Source of the DNA: Takakia lepidozioides
Taxonomy: Eukaryota > Plantae > Bryophyta
DNA: 64,000 nt
Direction of reading: 5' to 3'
NCBI GenBank assembly: GCA_030704615.1
Contig: CM060732.1
Coordinates: forward strand, 33,356,001-33,420,000
Each line of letters begins with the position of its first letter. Position 1 is the stretch's first letter. The position numbers and the translations under genes are program-made. Below, one piece after another: positions 1 through 11,391 of this stretch. The notes beneath the pieces were generated by a model that was not told where the DNA came from, searched no databases, and saw nothing but the letters and a program-made list of their open reading frames with translations.

Positions 1-152
1 TGAAACTGTGACGGGCTGTGACTGGCTGTGCGACTGTGTTTGGCTGTGTCGGGTTGTGACTGGCTGTGACGACTGTGACGGGCTGTGTTGGCTGTGATAG
101 GCTGTGTTGGCTGTGATGGTTGTGTTGGCTGTGACGACTGTGACGGGCTGTG
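1..152. repeat. Degenerate ~10-bp GGCTGTGACN-type tandem repeat inside the LTR
   Basis: Repeated CTGTG units; the same tract occurs at 17320-17490 and, reverse-complemented, at ~57505-57650. Confidence 0.85.
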
Positions 153-275
153 TAACCCCCCTCTACAGTGCGCTGTTATCAACCCTAAGGCTCCTGTTGG
201 TCTCAGTCTGTGCAAAAATTAAGGGTACTCCTCAGATCCCGTAAAAATGTCTAAGTCCCAGACAGTCCTCTAACA
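1..275 (-). mobile_element. End of an LTR from a related gypsy element, inserted into the gag of the neighbouring gypsy copy
   Basis: Ends ...GTCCTCTAACA (minus strand starts TGTTAGAGG) and is similar to the LTR ends at 17610 and 57387, including the CTGTG-rich tract and CTAAGGCTCC..TTGGTCTCAGTCTG..CAAAAATTAAGGGTAC. It abuts gag sequence (CCCCCTTGCTGGTGC) that is continuous in the copy at ~59670. Confidence 0.75.
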
Positions 276-865
276 CCCCCTTGCTGGTGCTGGTCCTTGA
301 GGACCTGTTGTAGTTGTGGTGGAACTTCCACCAAGTGGTGGCCCCTGAGCACTCCCTGCTACTGGCCCCACTATATTCACAGTATTCCCAGCTCCAGTTG
401 CACTACTTCCCAAACTCCATGTCCCCCCAGAGCCAGATCCAGATCCAGGCTACCCGCCTGATCCCCCTGAGCCGACACCTTCGTTGGCCTGTGATCCAAG
501 TGCTCCACTTGATCCAGGTCCAACGGGTTGGGATCTCCTGGTTGTAGTCTCAACCTCAGCTGTTGGGTCTATTTCTTCATACTCTTCCTCTTCCAATTTC
601 TTCTCTCTGTTTTCATCCTCCAAGTTCTGCCCTTGGGTTTCTTCTTCACTCATGTAACTCAACTGCAATGGTGTTGGAGAGTCTGAACTCTCCGTTGGCT
701 CTGCCACATCCTCTCCTCCTTCATCATCTTCCGTTTCAGAAACTGGAGTTCCTGCTTTTGGTGTTCCATGCCAACTCTTATCAAAGTTTAGTGTCAAATC
801 TTTTATCCAGGGATGTACCTCAGATCTTTCACCTCGTGGTTGATCTTCTTCTAGTACCAATTCCC

Positions 866-918
866 GGGGGCTGCTATTTCATGAGCCATGAGCCATGAGC
901 GGCATGAGCCATGAGCAG
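866..918 (+). repeat. Left TIR plus (CATGAGC)n subterminal heptamer repeats
   Basis: catgagc catgagc catgagc ggcatgagc catgagc; inverted counterparts (gctcatg)n at 15780-15830, and the same pattern in copies 2 and 3. Confidence 0.9.
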
Positions 919-1328
919 AGTCGTAAGTGTGGAAAAAAACATGAGCAGCACTATTTTCCGGAAATGAGTGTCCGCGGGAATAGGGTTTAGGGTGCCACGG
1001 TCATAGGGGGAGAAGGACCTCCCGATGAAGGAGGTTCGGCAATGTTATTTAGAATTATATATTGAAAGGCAATGTTTCGCGAATGGAAGGGTGGTACTGC
1101 TCTGTACAATGGGGGCCCATTTCAGCCTACCAGCCACTTGCAAAATCCACCCACACTCCCAATCCCAAACGAAATGAGCAATGACGCATTCTCGGAACGA
1201 TGGACACAGAATAGAATAAAAAGAGGGCACAATGAGGTTTTTATTGATCCACATGAATTGCATTTGAAGCACGTCTACTGTGCTGATTGTGCAATCAAAT
1301 CTTTAGCCCTGTGCCTACTGAATACAAG

Positions 1329-1892
1329 TCACGTTGTCAATGGGACTTCGACTGCTCTCAGAACTAGCTCATGAGTCATGGGGCTCGTCCAGGTAAAGTC
1401 AATTGCAGCCGTTGTACCGCCCCTAGTGATGTTCACCACAATGTCCTGCCCTTCAATCATACCACCATCGAATATGGAAATCTTCACGTTTTCGTCGTCC
1501 ACACCAATGCGAATGTCCCCATACAATGGAGAAGAGGAGCGCACTCCTTCAGGAGAATAGGTCTCTCCGATGGAGTCCACCCACGTCCAGTGGCAGCAGT
1601 TCCACCGCAACAGCATAGCAGTGCGCCTTCTTCTGCATGGGTGACCGTCGTAGCTGGGAAAATCGGAATCGAGGATGCGCAGGAGCCACGGACTCCTCAG
1701 ACCAAGATCGTCACCCCGCTCGAAGGCGTAGTGGCCTAGGATATACTCAAAAGCCACCAATGTTTCCACAATCGAACCAGTATCTTCTCTGTAATCTGTG
1801 TACCAGATAACAATGTCTCCCGATGTGGCCGAATACATTGCATAATCGATGCCTCCAAATGGGCAGTCGTCCCAGTTCCGGAAGCACGGCAT
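1329..1892 (-). CDS. Unknown ~187-aa MULE cargo protein X1 (MPCFRNWDDCPFGG...WNCCHW...ELVLRAVEVPLTT)
   Basis: Open frame here and in copy 3, and clearly paralogous to X2. Start chosen by alignment with the X2 MPC start. Confidence 0.65.
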   Translation of the reverse strand: MPCFRNWDDCPFGGIDYAMYSATSGDIVIWYTDYREDTGSIVETLVAFEYILGHYAFERGDDLGLRSPWLLRILDSDFPSYDGHPCRRRRTAMLLRWNCCHWTWVDSIGETYSPEGVRSSSPLYGDIRIGVDDENVKISIFDGGMIEGQDIVVNITRGGTTAAIDFTWTSPMTHELVLRAVEVPLTT

Positions 1893-2448
1893 CCTTGCAA
1901 AGGAGGACCTGAGGACGACTTGGATGCCGATGACAATGACCTTGCGGACAGCTACGAAGCCCTTAGATTTTGGAAATGATGCGAAGCGGAAGAGCAGTCC
2001 GGCCTCCAATAATGGAGCATCTGGGTCCCACGTACCCACCGACGGAGGTGGAACGTGTTCATCATGCCAGCGGTGGATGAACCCATACATCTTTCTCATC
2101 AACAAGTTATAGTTTGAGATCTGCCACCGAAGTCCATCCCCCCGGATGGAAATTCGGCGCCGCATTTACATCGAAGAGGGGATGGACTTCGTCGTGTCCA
2201 GTGGCTATCGGCCCACCTGGCAGTGACTGCCCATAGTTTGCATGGCATGGTAGGAAACTGAAACGGCTACATTCATGCAGCAGCCAATCTTCATCGGTCC
2301 AGGATCCTGTAGGGGGGAAATTTAAATGTGCCCTGGAGTGTTTGTGAGGAATTGCAGCGTTAGCTTGAACTTTTTCCAGCCACCGCGCTGCTCCTCCTCC
2401 ATCCAGGAGCTGCTGTCATTGAGCGTACTCCGCTACTTTTTTTCAAGG

Positions 2449-3027
2449 ATGCCGTGCCGCCGAAATCCAGCCGACTGCCCTTATCATGGCCACGATTATG
2501 CTATGTTCAAACCAGAATCAGGAGACATCATTGTCTGGCTCTCTGTTTTCACAGACGCTGTTGGAATCAAGCAAGAGTCTTTGCGCGCAATGGAGTATCT
2601 GGAGGGCTATTACCGCTTTGAGCGAGGTGAGGGCGAGGGTCAATGCGGTCCGTGGGTCCTGAAAATTGTTGACCTCGATATACCAAGCTGGAAAGGGATG
2701 CCGGACAGATCACGCACGGCCTCGCTTTGGCGCTGGAACTGCTGCCAGTGGACCAGGGAGGACGGCACCGGGGAAAACTATATACGTGCAGATCACTCCG
2801 CTCTTCCAGTGTATGGAGACATTCGGCTGAGTTGCGAAGACGAATCGCACGGGCACATGAGGCCCACAGTGACCTTGTCAATGTATGATGGTGGTATCAT
2901 TGATGGACATGACATTGTCGTCGGCTCCAGCAAGGGCAGCAGAACGACCGAATTGCAGTTTACCTCGAGGTGCCGCAGCAGTAATGAGCTTGTTTTGAGG
3001 GGTATCGAAGTTTCGTCGACTTGGTGA
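2449..3027 (+). CDS. Unknown ~192-aa MULE cargo protein X2, a paralog of X1, present only in copy 1
   Basis: Shares MPCxRNxxDCP, DYAM, SGDI, YxFERG, RWNCCxW, PxYGDIR, DGGxIxGxDIVV and ELVLR with X1. Confidence 0.65.
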   Translation: MPCRRNPADCPYHGHDYAMFKPESGDIIVWLSVFTDAVGIKQESLRAMEYLEGYYRFERGEGEGQCGPWVLKIVDLDIPSWKGMPDRSRTASLWRWNCCQWTREDGTGENYIRADHSALPVYGDIRLSCEDESHGHMRPTVTLSMYDGGIIDGHDIVVGSSKGSRTTELQFTSRCRSSNELVLRGIEVSSTW

Positions 3028-3279
3028 AGCCCATGTAGAAGGAGGAAGGGCTTAGTTTTGTCTGCAGTTGGTAAATGTGAGACATCGTGTCCGATCAATA
3101 AACCCATCGTACCTCACTTCTGTATGATTGTGTTTCATTCTGTTGAATAACTGTCGGAATTGGCCCACTGTTTACAATTTGATGTCTCATTTCTACAATG
3201 TGTCTGTCCGGATGAATATACCAGAGTAACCGGTATGAGAGTCATGTGTCAAGAATATACCAGAGTAACGCCATGTCGG

Positions 3280-4010
3280 ACATTGAAATGCGGTGCCGCA
3301 TTTCAATGCCGACATGGAAATGTATGAACCGCATTTCAGTGTCGGACAATGGAATGCGGTGCATCATTTCCGTCCAGGTACACGAAATACCAACACGGGT
3401 CTATAAATTGGACAGACAACGAGGTTGGCATTGCAAATGCGGCGACGCATTTCCAGCTTGGCAATGGAAACTTCTTTTTGGACAAGGGAATGCGGTGCCG
3501 CATTTCCGTCCAACACTTCGAAAAGTGTGACATTTCCGACCAGCGCGATGGAATGCGTTACCGCATTTCCGTGAGAGGGTCTGCAAATGGACAAATTGCG
3601 ATGTCCGTTCTGGAAATGCGGCGCCGCATTTCCATGTCCGTCATCGACTTTTTTTTGACAATGGAATGCGGTGCCAATTTTTGCTGATGGGCCTGCAGTT
3701 CGAACAACGACCATCCCCAATATGGAAATGCGGCACCGCATTTCCAATTCCACCATCTCGACCTCCTTGTTCGACCTCTGTAAGCGTGGTGGCATCCATG
3801 CAATGAGCGGGAGAGGCCAAAACTGGCGTGTGGACAAAGAAAATTTTGGAAATGCGGCACCGCATTTCCAATCGGCCGATTACTTTTTACTATGCCAACA
3901 TTGAAATGGAAAATTTAGTCCCTCCCCTGTTTTGGAAATGCGGTGCCGCATTTCCAAAAGAGGTTTTTAGAGTTGCCAAAATTTTGGAAATGCGGTGCCC
4001 CATTTCTGAT
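3280..4010. repeat. Dispersed family A palindromes (GGAAATGCGGYRCCGCATTTCC) downstream of the ParB-MTase gene
   Basis: About a dozen copies with irregular spacing, e.g. at 3612, 3724, 3848 and 3933. Confidence 0.85.
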
Positions 4011-4143
4011 TTTGGGAGCGTCGTGGTTTGGGCGATTGTGTGGCTGGAATGCACACTGGAGAGGGGTCACGAATGTCGGGGAGAATTTCCTTTATATACT
4101 CTGGAAGAGAATTTACATTTACAGAGACTTCATTAAAATTCTA

Positions 4144-7100
4144 TTAATCTTGAAAATCATCCGAATCCTCATCCTGTTCTAGACTGTCCTGCTCCGCCTC
4201 CACCCCCTCATTGCCTTTCTCATCTCCAGCGGACTGCTCGTTGGCCAGGCTTTCAAAATCCCATCTTCCCCTTGCGGAACTGTCCATCTCACCTCCGTTG
4301 GGTCGTCTTCCTCCCTGTCTGCGTCGCTCTCATCCGCTGAATCACATATGTACTTTCGTACCCGTCTACCTGTCTGAGCTGCTGCCAACTCTTTCCTTAT
4401 CCTTCTGTCCTCCCTAGCCCTCTCCAAAATCTGCTCTACTTTACTGGGATTCTCACTTCTTCTAATCGCTGTATTTGCGAGTTTAGCTGCATAACTAGGA
4501 AGGGAGTAGTCCCTCACCGGGCTCGTCATGAAGTCGGCCCTCGCAAAGAACGGGACATTCTTCCTGGCAGGAAGTGTAGGCCCTACATGTTTCGACCCGG
4601 ACCCTGCAATCCTGCACATGACAATCATCAACGAGACTAATGAGAACCACAGTCCGGAAATTCGTTTGACAAAAATGACCCAGAAGGCTTTGCAAACTTA
4701 CAATGTTTGCACTCACTCGTATTTCGGGTTCTCCTCCGCATCAATGTCCACTGTGTCTTCCTCGGACTCCGACGAATCCGAGGAGACTTCCGCTCTGTTG
4801 GGAGCCTTAACATTCCGTTGCAGCCCTTCCAGATGGGATCCCCACACGGATGAATCCTCCTCGTAGGCAAAGAGGTGCCGGTCGGAAAACCGCCCAGCCC
4901 ACATTGAGGCACCTGTTACAATGCCATCCACACATTACAACATGGCGCTTCAGATGTTGCGAACTACATCCTAACGAGAATTTGCAGAACAGCATAGATC
5001 AAGATTCTGCATACCTGTCCCACAGATGAGGTCGAGCACTGTGCCCTCCACGTCTGTGCATGTCTCCATAATTGTCTGAATGAAGGCAGGGCTCCGAGTC
5101 CGTGAGTACCGCAGGGGTTCCGTTGAAGTGAGGCTATGAGGGAGAAGTTCCTTGGGAACGTTGTTGAATAGAACGTCGTAATCGAGGGGGTCGCAGTTCG
5201 GGTCAACCTTTCCTCCCTCCTTCCGGAAAGCAAAGGTGGAGTTCTCCTTCACAAAGCAGTATGCATCGAACTGCTTCGTCTGCATACACAGGGGGGAACG
5301 ATTAGAAACCGAATGCGGCACCGCATTTGAAAACACCCAAGCAAATGAATGGACGAGTGCCAGTGTCGTAATCACCTTCTTCCCTTCCGACCAAAGGCCC
5401 AGTGTGTTGATGCACGTCCACTTCTTTTTCAGAATCGGGACGGCGCTCTTGCGGGTCCACTTCGCAATTCCTGTCTGAGTGTTTTTTCCTCTGCTCGCCA
5501 GGACAACCACACAGCCTCTGTCGTCCAACACCATGCGGGCAAGCCCGAATCCTTTCTTCCAAAAGTCCTCCGAGTACCTGTTCCAAGATGGCAAAGCTTG
5601 CAGTCCTTCCACAGGCTCTCCGTCCGGAATATCCAAGATGATCATATCGCAAGACCACTCGGTGGCATTTCCGCCCCTCCTACAATCCTTGTCTGCACAC
5701 ACCCTCTCAAAGAACGAGACCATATTCTGAAATCCTGGGGTGTCGGAAGGCTCTTCGGCAGTCGCCTTCTTCAGTGCTCTGCCCTTCAGACCCTCCATGG
5801 TCTTCATGTATGCCAACTTGGCTGCCCGTCCATCCAAAGCCGCCAAGAAACTCTCATTTACACACTGGACTACTGTTTCGGGAGCCACTTTCGGCCTCTT
5901 CATTTCCACCGGCTCGAAAGGGTGCCCCCCTGGGGGGTTGAAGAGTGCCTTCTTTGCCGAGCCAGTTCTCGTGCCTCTCATGACAACGGTGGGCACAGGG
6001 GAGGCAGCCTGCGTTTGGGGGGGTGGGCTGGTTGCAAAGTCTCCATCGGAGTCCTCTTCCTCACCCTCTTCCTGAACAGGCTGTTTCTGCTTCTTCTTTT
6101 GGCGGGTGTCACAACAGCTGCTCCTTGCTGGCGAGTCCTCTTCTTCGACCCCTTCTGTTGGGCCTGCACAGCTGCATCCACCGTCTTTTGTGCCATCTCA
6201 GCTGCCTTTCTGGATTCTTCCAGAGCAGCAGATTCCTTTGCCGACTTTGGCCCAGCAGGGACACGTCTTTCCTTTCTCTTCTCTTCTGCCAAGGCGTGCA
6301 GATCTTTCTCAGACTCGTCAACAATACCGCCAGACATATCCAGGTACCAGGGGCATCCAACGAGATGCGCGGGATGCCATTGTTTCTGCATCTCGGGTGT
6401 GTAGACACAGCTTGGGCCCGCCACGGTCCAAGCCATGAAGAACGGGGGCTCTTGAGCCAGGGCCCCTGTCTGAAGGAGCACGTATTTCATATACCTGCAA
6501 GGCAGTCAGCATGCGTGAGCATAAGATTGGACGAACCTACTCGCAGAGTGCCACCGAAAACATAAAATGCGAATGCGGTGCCGCATTTCCGAGACAAACC
6601 TCGTAACCAGGCTTCGCATACAAGGGCAGCTGTGCTTCACCTGTAAACAATGCGCATTGCAGCTTTCCCCGCTCCCTCCTGATGTGTAAACTCCACGCTC
6701 CTTCTTGCTGTCTGTAGCTCTCTGGCGAAAAGGTTGTCCTTGTACGCACATCTGAAACGTGTCACGTAGTCTTCCAATGTCTGTGTTCCATCCCATTTGA
6801 CGTACAAGCCGAACGAATTTGTGTGCATTACGACTTGCTCCTTCGCATTCGACATTACCTGCGATTCCCAAATGCATTGTCACGTAGCAGTTCAGGGAAT
6901 TCATTTCAGAAAAGCAAATCTGGGAAGTACCTTGAATTACCTGGAACCACCAAGTCATGCGGTTGAGCCACACATCCACTGCAGGGTCGGAAACTTCGAG
7001 TGGAAAAGACCACATTGTCCTTATTCTCTCGGATGCATTCCAGATCGACAGCCACCGTGTCTGCCATTTCCGATCCAATGTCAGGAGCTGGAAGAGAGTG

Positions 7101-8740
7101 GCTATTGCTAGGAAGGAACTTCAGTGCATTGAAACCTCACCTTCTCTTTCGCCTCAACACATGCCGTTGAGAGGTGATGCAGTTTCTCCAATTGCATGGT
7201 CGGCTGCATGGCCCGAGAATAGTGTTTTGCAATCTCGGGGATGAAGTCCTTTCCAAGTGTCGGATCTGCAATTGCCACCAGCTTCACAAGCTTTGACTTG
7301 TATTTGGTTCTGGACTTGACACCGGCTTCCTTCAAGTGCTCAGTCAATGACTGCAACGTTTTGACCTGCCCCTCACTTTCCATGAAGAAGCGTTTGGCAT
7401 GGGCCAAATCCAGCTTGATGTTTGACTGCCAACAAAAACATGCAGAAGCGTTACATTCGATTCATGTGGAAAGATTACTGGAATTGGGAAGGATGAGCAG
7501 AGGGAAATTGGAGGACGACTTACTTCGTATATCACCTCCACCATTCCATCCATAGTGAGACGATACCATGTCCGGTCTGTTTTTGCAACGGCTTTCTGAA
7601 TGAGCTCGGGCTCCAGCATTTCCGCAAACATCTGCGGATCAGTGAAACCAGTTTTCCTCACCCTGTACAGCATATGTGCCATGTGGGTATGCACATACGC
7701 ATTCTCAGTGACCCTGCAAGGCACACTCTCCAGTTCAGTACACGGAAGCACGGAAACAAACCAGAATGGAAACCGAAATGCGGCACCGCATTTTGAACGT
7801 GCTAGGGAGGGTATGAGTATCTTACGAGTTGAGGTCCGCCATGACATTCTTGAGCAGGGAGGAGTCTGCCGCCTTCACCTTGAGGATGACACACTCCACC
7901 ATGTAATGCCAGCCAATGTGCTTGGCATGGTTCTGCTTGATGTACTCCCACCAGGCAAGAAGTCGGTGATTCCCGTCCCACACAAAGAACATTTTACCCG
8001 ACATATGGCCGAAGTCTGGATCACCCTTCAGCGTCGCCTCGAATTCGTTGTTGCGAGTGTGCCAGTGGGTATCCCACGTTGACAATTCATCGGCAGTGGG
8101 TCCACGAGTTTCGCCGTCCTCATTCTCAATGGAAACGTAAAACGCTGCCGATCCCAGACGGTACCCTTCTCGAAATGCGAACTTGAGCTTATCCACATCT
8201 CCGGGAAGGGCCTGCCTGACGATGGGAAGGGAGACCATGCGACAAAGTGGGATTCGAAGAGTCCGCTGGAATACCCTGCTGCCCAGAACTCTGCCAATGC
8301 TACTGTGTGTCTCCTTCAACATTTTATCCGCTGCACTTTTGAAATCCTCCGGAGACATGTCTGGGGCTTTGAACTTGTCCTTCGAAGCCGCGTCTTTGAA
8401 ATGCACAGGGCTAGGCCCGGCAGGAATACCCGCGCTCGGGGATTGGGTGGGTGTACGTGCTGCAGCTAGCTCCTCGGACTCTTCCTACGGCTCTTCGGAT
8501 TCCTGCGATCCCTCCAGCACGTCCACCTTTCCTGTTAGGCATGCAAACATGTTCTGCATTCAAGTCTCCTAGCATTCACTCTAAGAATTACAGAAGCAAA
8601 ATGGGGGGTTCGGTGCTCGATCAGCTGCGCGCAGCCCGATCGCATGGAGCTCTCACTGGTGGCTGGGTTGCCTGAATGGCCTGCTGCTCGGAGATGGCAA
8701 TCTCCTCCTGTAGACGCATCTGCTTCCTCCCCTTTGGCAT
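4144..8740 (-). pseudogene. Multi-exon ParB/Srx-like plus N4/N6 amino-methyltransferase-like gene (copy 1; in-frame TAG near 8486 and frameshifts)
   Basis: Predicted start MPKGRK (8740); FFVWDGNHRLLA (~7955-7990); CDMIILDIPDG (~5625-5655); RSPAFIQTIMETCTDVEGTVLDLICGTG|intron|ASMWAGRFSDRHLFAYEED. GT-AG introns join the ORF pieces in frame. Confidence 0.7.
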
Positions 8741-9169
8741 TGGCCTACGTCCGAAGTATAATTTTTGGAGCTTGCGACGAGGTCTCCTGTCTGGTGCACG
8801 AACTCCCCCCCTCTCAGGTTCGAGCATAAGAAGAACAGAGACAGGGAAAAGGGGCAAAGAGTGCAGATGGAAAGGGCGCGAGAGGGGTGACTGAGGAGAC
8901 ACGACAAAAGTAGATGCGGTGCTGCACCACTTGGGTTCGAAAGGGTTGGACGAAAGTGTCTCCTCGTGGACTTTGCGTCATTACGAAATTCGAATCGTTC
9001 AGGATACGCCTGCCGTCCGAAAAACAAACATCATTATCCAACGGTCAGGCCGCGCCGCCTCATGCCACTTCAGTCAGATAGAGTGCAGACATGTGCCGCA
9101 ATTCCGTTGCTCCACGTGTTCACATTTCAAGGCATTCCCGTCCCAGCGTCTGATGAGTTGGATTGAAAA

Positions 9170-10980
9170 TGCGAATGCGGCGCCGCATTTCCGTTAAGTA
9201 CCATCACGAAGCTACACATCCGTACTTGTTGGAAGAAAATGCGGCACCGCATTTCCGTTCCACCTTCACATACCTTAGTTGTTGAACGGAAATACGGTGC
9301 CGCATTTCCGTCCCACAGCTCCATGTATGAGATACAACAGGGAAATGCGGCGCCGCATTTCCGTTCTGGAATGTCAAAAGGTGCGATTCGGACGGAAATG
9401 CGGCACAACATTTCAATTCCCGTGGTTCATGATTTTCAATGTGAATGGAAATGCGGTACCGCATTTCCGTTCCCCTTCACATACCTTAGTTGTTGAACGG
9501 AAATAGGGTGCCGCATTTCCATCCACAGCTCCATATGTGAGATACAAAAGGGAAATGCGGCGCCGCATTTCCGTTCTGGAATGTCGAAAGGTGCGATTCG
9601 GACGGAAATGCGGCACAACATTTCAGTTCCCGTGGTTCATGATTTTCAATCTGAACGGAAATACGGTACCGCATTTCCGTTCCCCCTTCACATACCTTAG
9701 TTGATGAACGGAAATGCCGTGCCACATTTCTGTTCGGGAAAGTATAGAGGTCTCACCTGAACAGAAATGCGGTGCCGCATTTCCGGTCTGGAAAGTTTGA
9801 AGGTCTCACATGGATGGAAATGCGGCCACCACATTTCCGTCCCACAGCTCCAGGCCTCATATACAAAACGGAAATGCGGCGCCCGCATTTCCGTTCTAGA
9901 ATGTCGGAAGGTGCGACTCGGACGGAAATGCGGTGCCGCATTTCTGTTCCGGTTGTTCACGATTTTCAGTCAGAACGGAAATGCGGTAGCGCATTTCCGT
10001 TCTGTAGAGTATTAAGGTCTGACCCTGGCGGAAATGCGGTGCCGCATTTTCGTTCCACAGCTCCATGCCTCACATACAAAACGGAAATGCGGCGCCGCAT
10101 TTCCGTTTTGGAATGTAGGAAGGTGCGACTCCGACGGAAATGCGGTACCGCATTTCAGTTCCGATGTTCACGATTTTTCATCAGAACGGAAATGCGGTGC
10201 CGCATTTGCGTTCTGGAATGTTGGGAGGTGCGACTCGGATGGAAATGCCCTGACGCATTTCAGTTCCGATGGTTCACGATTTTCAGTCAGAACGGAAATG
10301 CGGTACCGCATTTCCGTTCTGGATAGTATGAATGTCTCAAGCGGTCGGAATTGCGCTGTCTCAAGCAGTCGGAATTGCACTCGGCTCCATGCATCAGATA
10401 CAAAATGGAAATGCGGCGCCGCATTTCCGTTCTGGAATGTCGGAAAGTGCGACTCGGACGGAAATGCGGTGCCGCATTTCTGTTCCCGTTGTTCATAATT
10501 CTCAATCAGAACGGAAATGCGGTACCGCATTTCCATTCACCTTCACATACCGTGCTTGTTGGATGGAAATGCGTTACCGCATTTCCGTTCTGGAGAGTAT
10601 GAATGTCTTGTGAGGACGGAAATGTGGTGCAGCATTTCTATCCCTCAGCTCCATGCGTCAGATATACAACGGAAATGTTGCGCCGTATTTCTGTTCTGGT
10701 ATGTCGGAAGGTGCGACTGTGACGGAAATGCGGTGCCGCATTTCTGTTCCCGTTGTTCATAATTCTCAATCAGAACAAAAATGCGGTACTGAACGGAAAT
10801 GGGGTACCGCATTTCCGTACCACCTTCACATACCGTGCTTGCTGGATGGAAATGTGTTACTGCATTTCCGTTCTGGAGAGTATAAAGGTTTCCCCCGGAC
10901 GGAAACTCGGTGCCGCATTTCCGTCGCTCTGGTGCACGACCAAGATGCAATACGGAAATGCGGCGCCATATTTCCGTCCA
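9170..10980. repeat. Array of ~30 palindromes GGAAATGCGGYRCCGCATTTCC with 53-bp period and ~210-bp higher-order units, between the divergent genes
   Basis: GGAAAT starts at 9288, 9341, 9394, 9447, 9499, 9551, 9604, 9657, 9710 ... 10030, 10083, 10136. Spacer sequences recur (9238/9447/9657). Confidence 0.95.
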
Positions 10981-11391
10981 CCAGCAATCGAAAGAATCAC
11001 TCGGGACGGGAAATCTGGAACCTGAATGGGTTGCATTGTTCCGAAACAACACATTGCGGCCAGTCTTGATGAGCACAACTTGGTTGTCTGACCGTTTTAA
11101 CTAACAGTACTGGCACTTGTCAGTGCGAACGTTCCTGTCTGCACCGAGAATACTGCTGGATCCACCCTCAGGAGAAACTGTCAGGAGATGTTATTTCGTT
11201 GCCGAATCGGCCATCATTGTCATACTTACTGGCTATGGAATCACACCTCCCACCTTCATGCATGTAGCTTGAAACAATACTTTCCACTTCAATGTGCGAC
11301 TTCCAATCGTCGATGGACTCCGCATGGTGCCTGTGAGCCTTGGTCTGTCGCTATACTGAACCTCGCACTTGCCAACTTCGTGCGGTGTTCG

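Noticed and set aside
981-993. Telomeric repeat (TAGGGTTTAGGG)
   Set aside because: Fewer than two full units; at most a telo-box-like motif in the MULE subterminal region.
3246-4182. Many short ORFs with MRCRIS/GNAAPHF/KCGAAF peptides (also 9.1-11, 22.8-23.8, 29.2-30.9 and 50.1-50.9 kb)
   Set aside because: They are translations of the palindromic DNA motif in all six frames, not proteins.
5349-6404. Long antisense ORFs opposite the MTase-like exons (also 25095-26021, 33559-34413)
   Set aside because: Shadow frames of GC-rich coding sequence, with inconsistent frames between copies and no motifs.
4144-8740. Bacterial/phage contamination or a restriction-modification operon
   Set aside because: The gene has multiple GT-AG introns with positions conserved between families, and lies within TIR/TSD-bounded elements inserted in plant-type retroelements. 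No restriction endonuclease is recognisable.
9170-10980. CRISPR-like look (palindromic repeat plus ~31-bp spacers at a fixed period)
   Set aside because: Spacers are repeated and mutually related, repeats are degenerate, no cas genes are present, and the context is a eukaryotic transposon.
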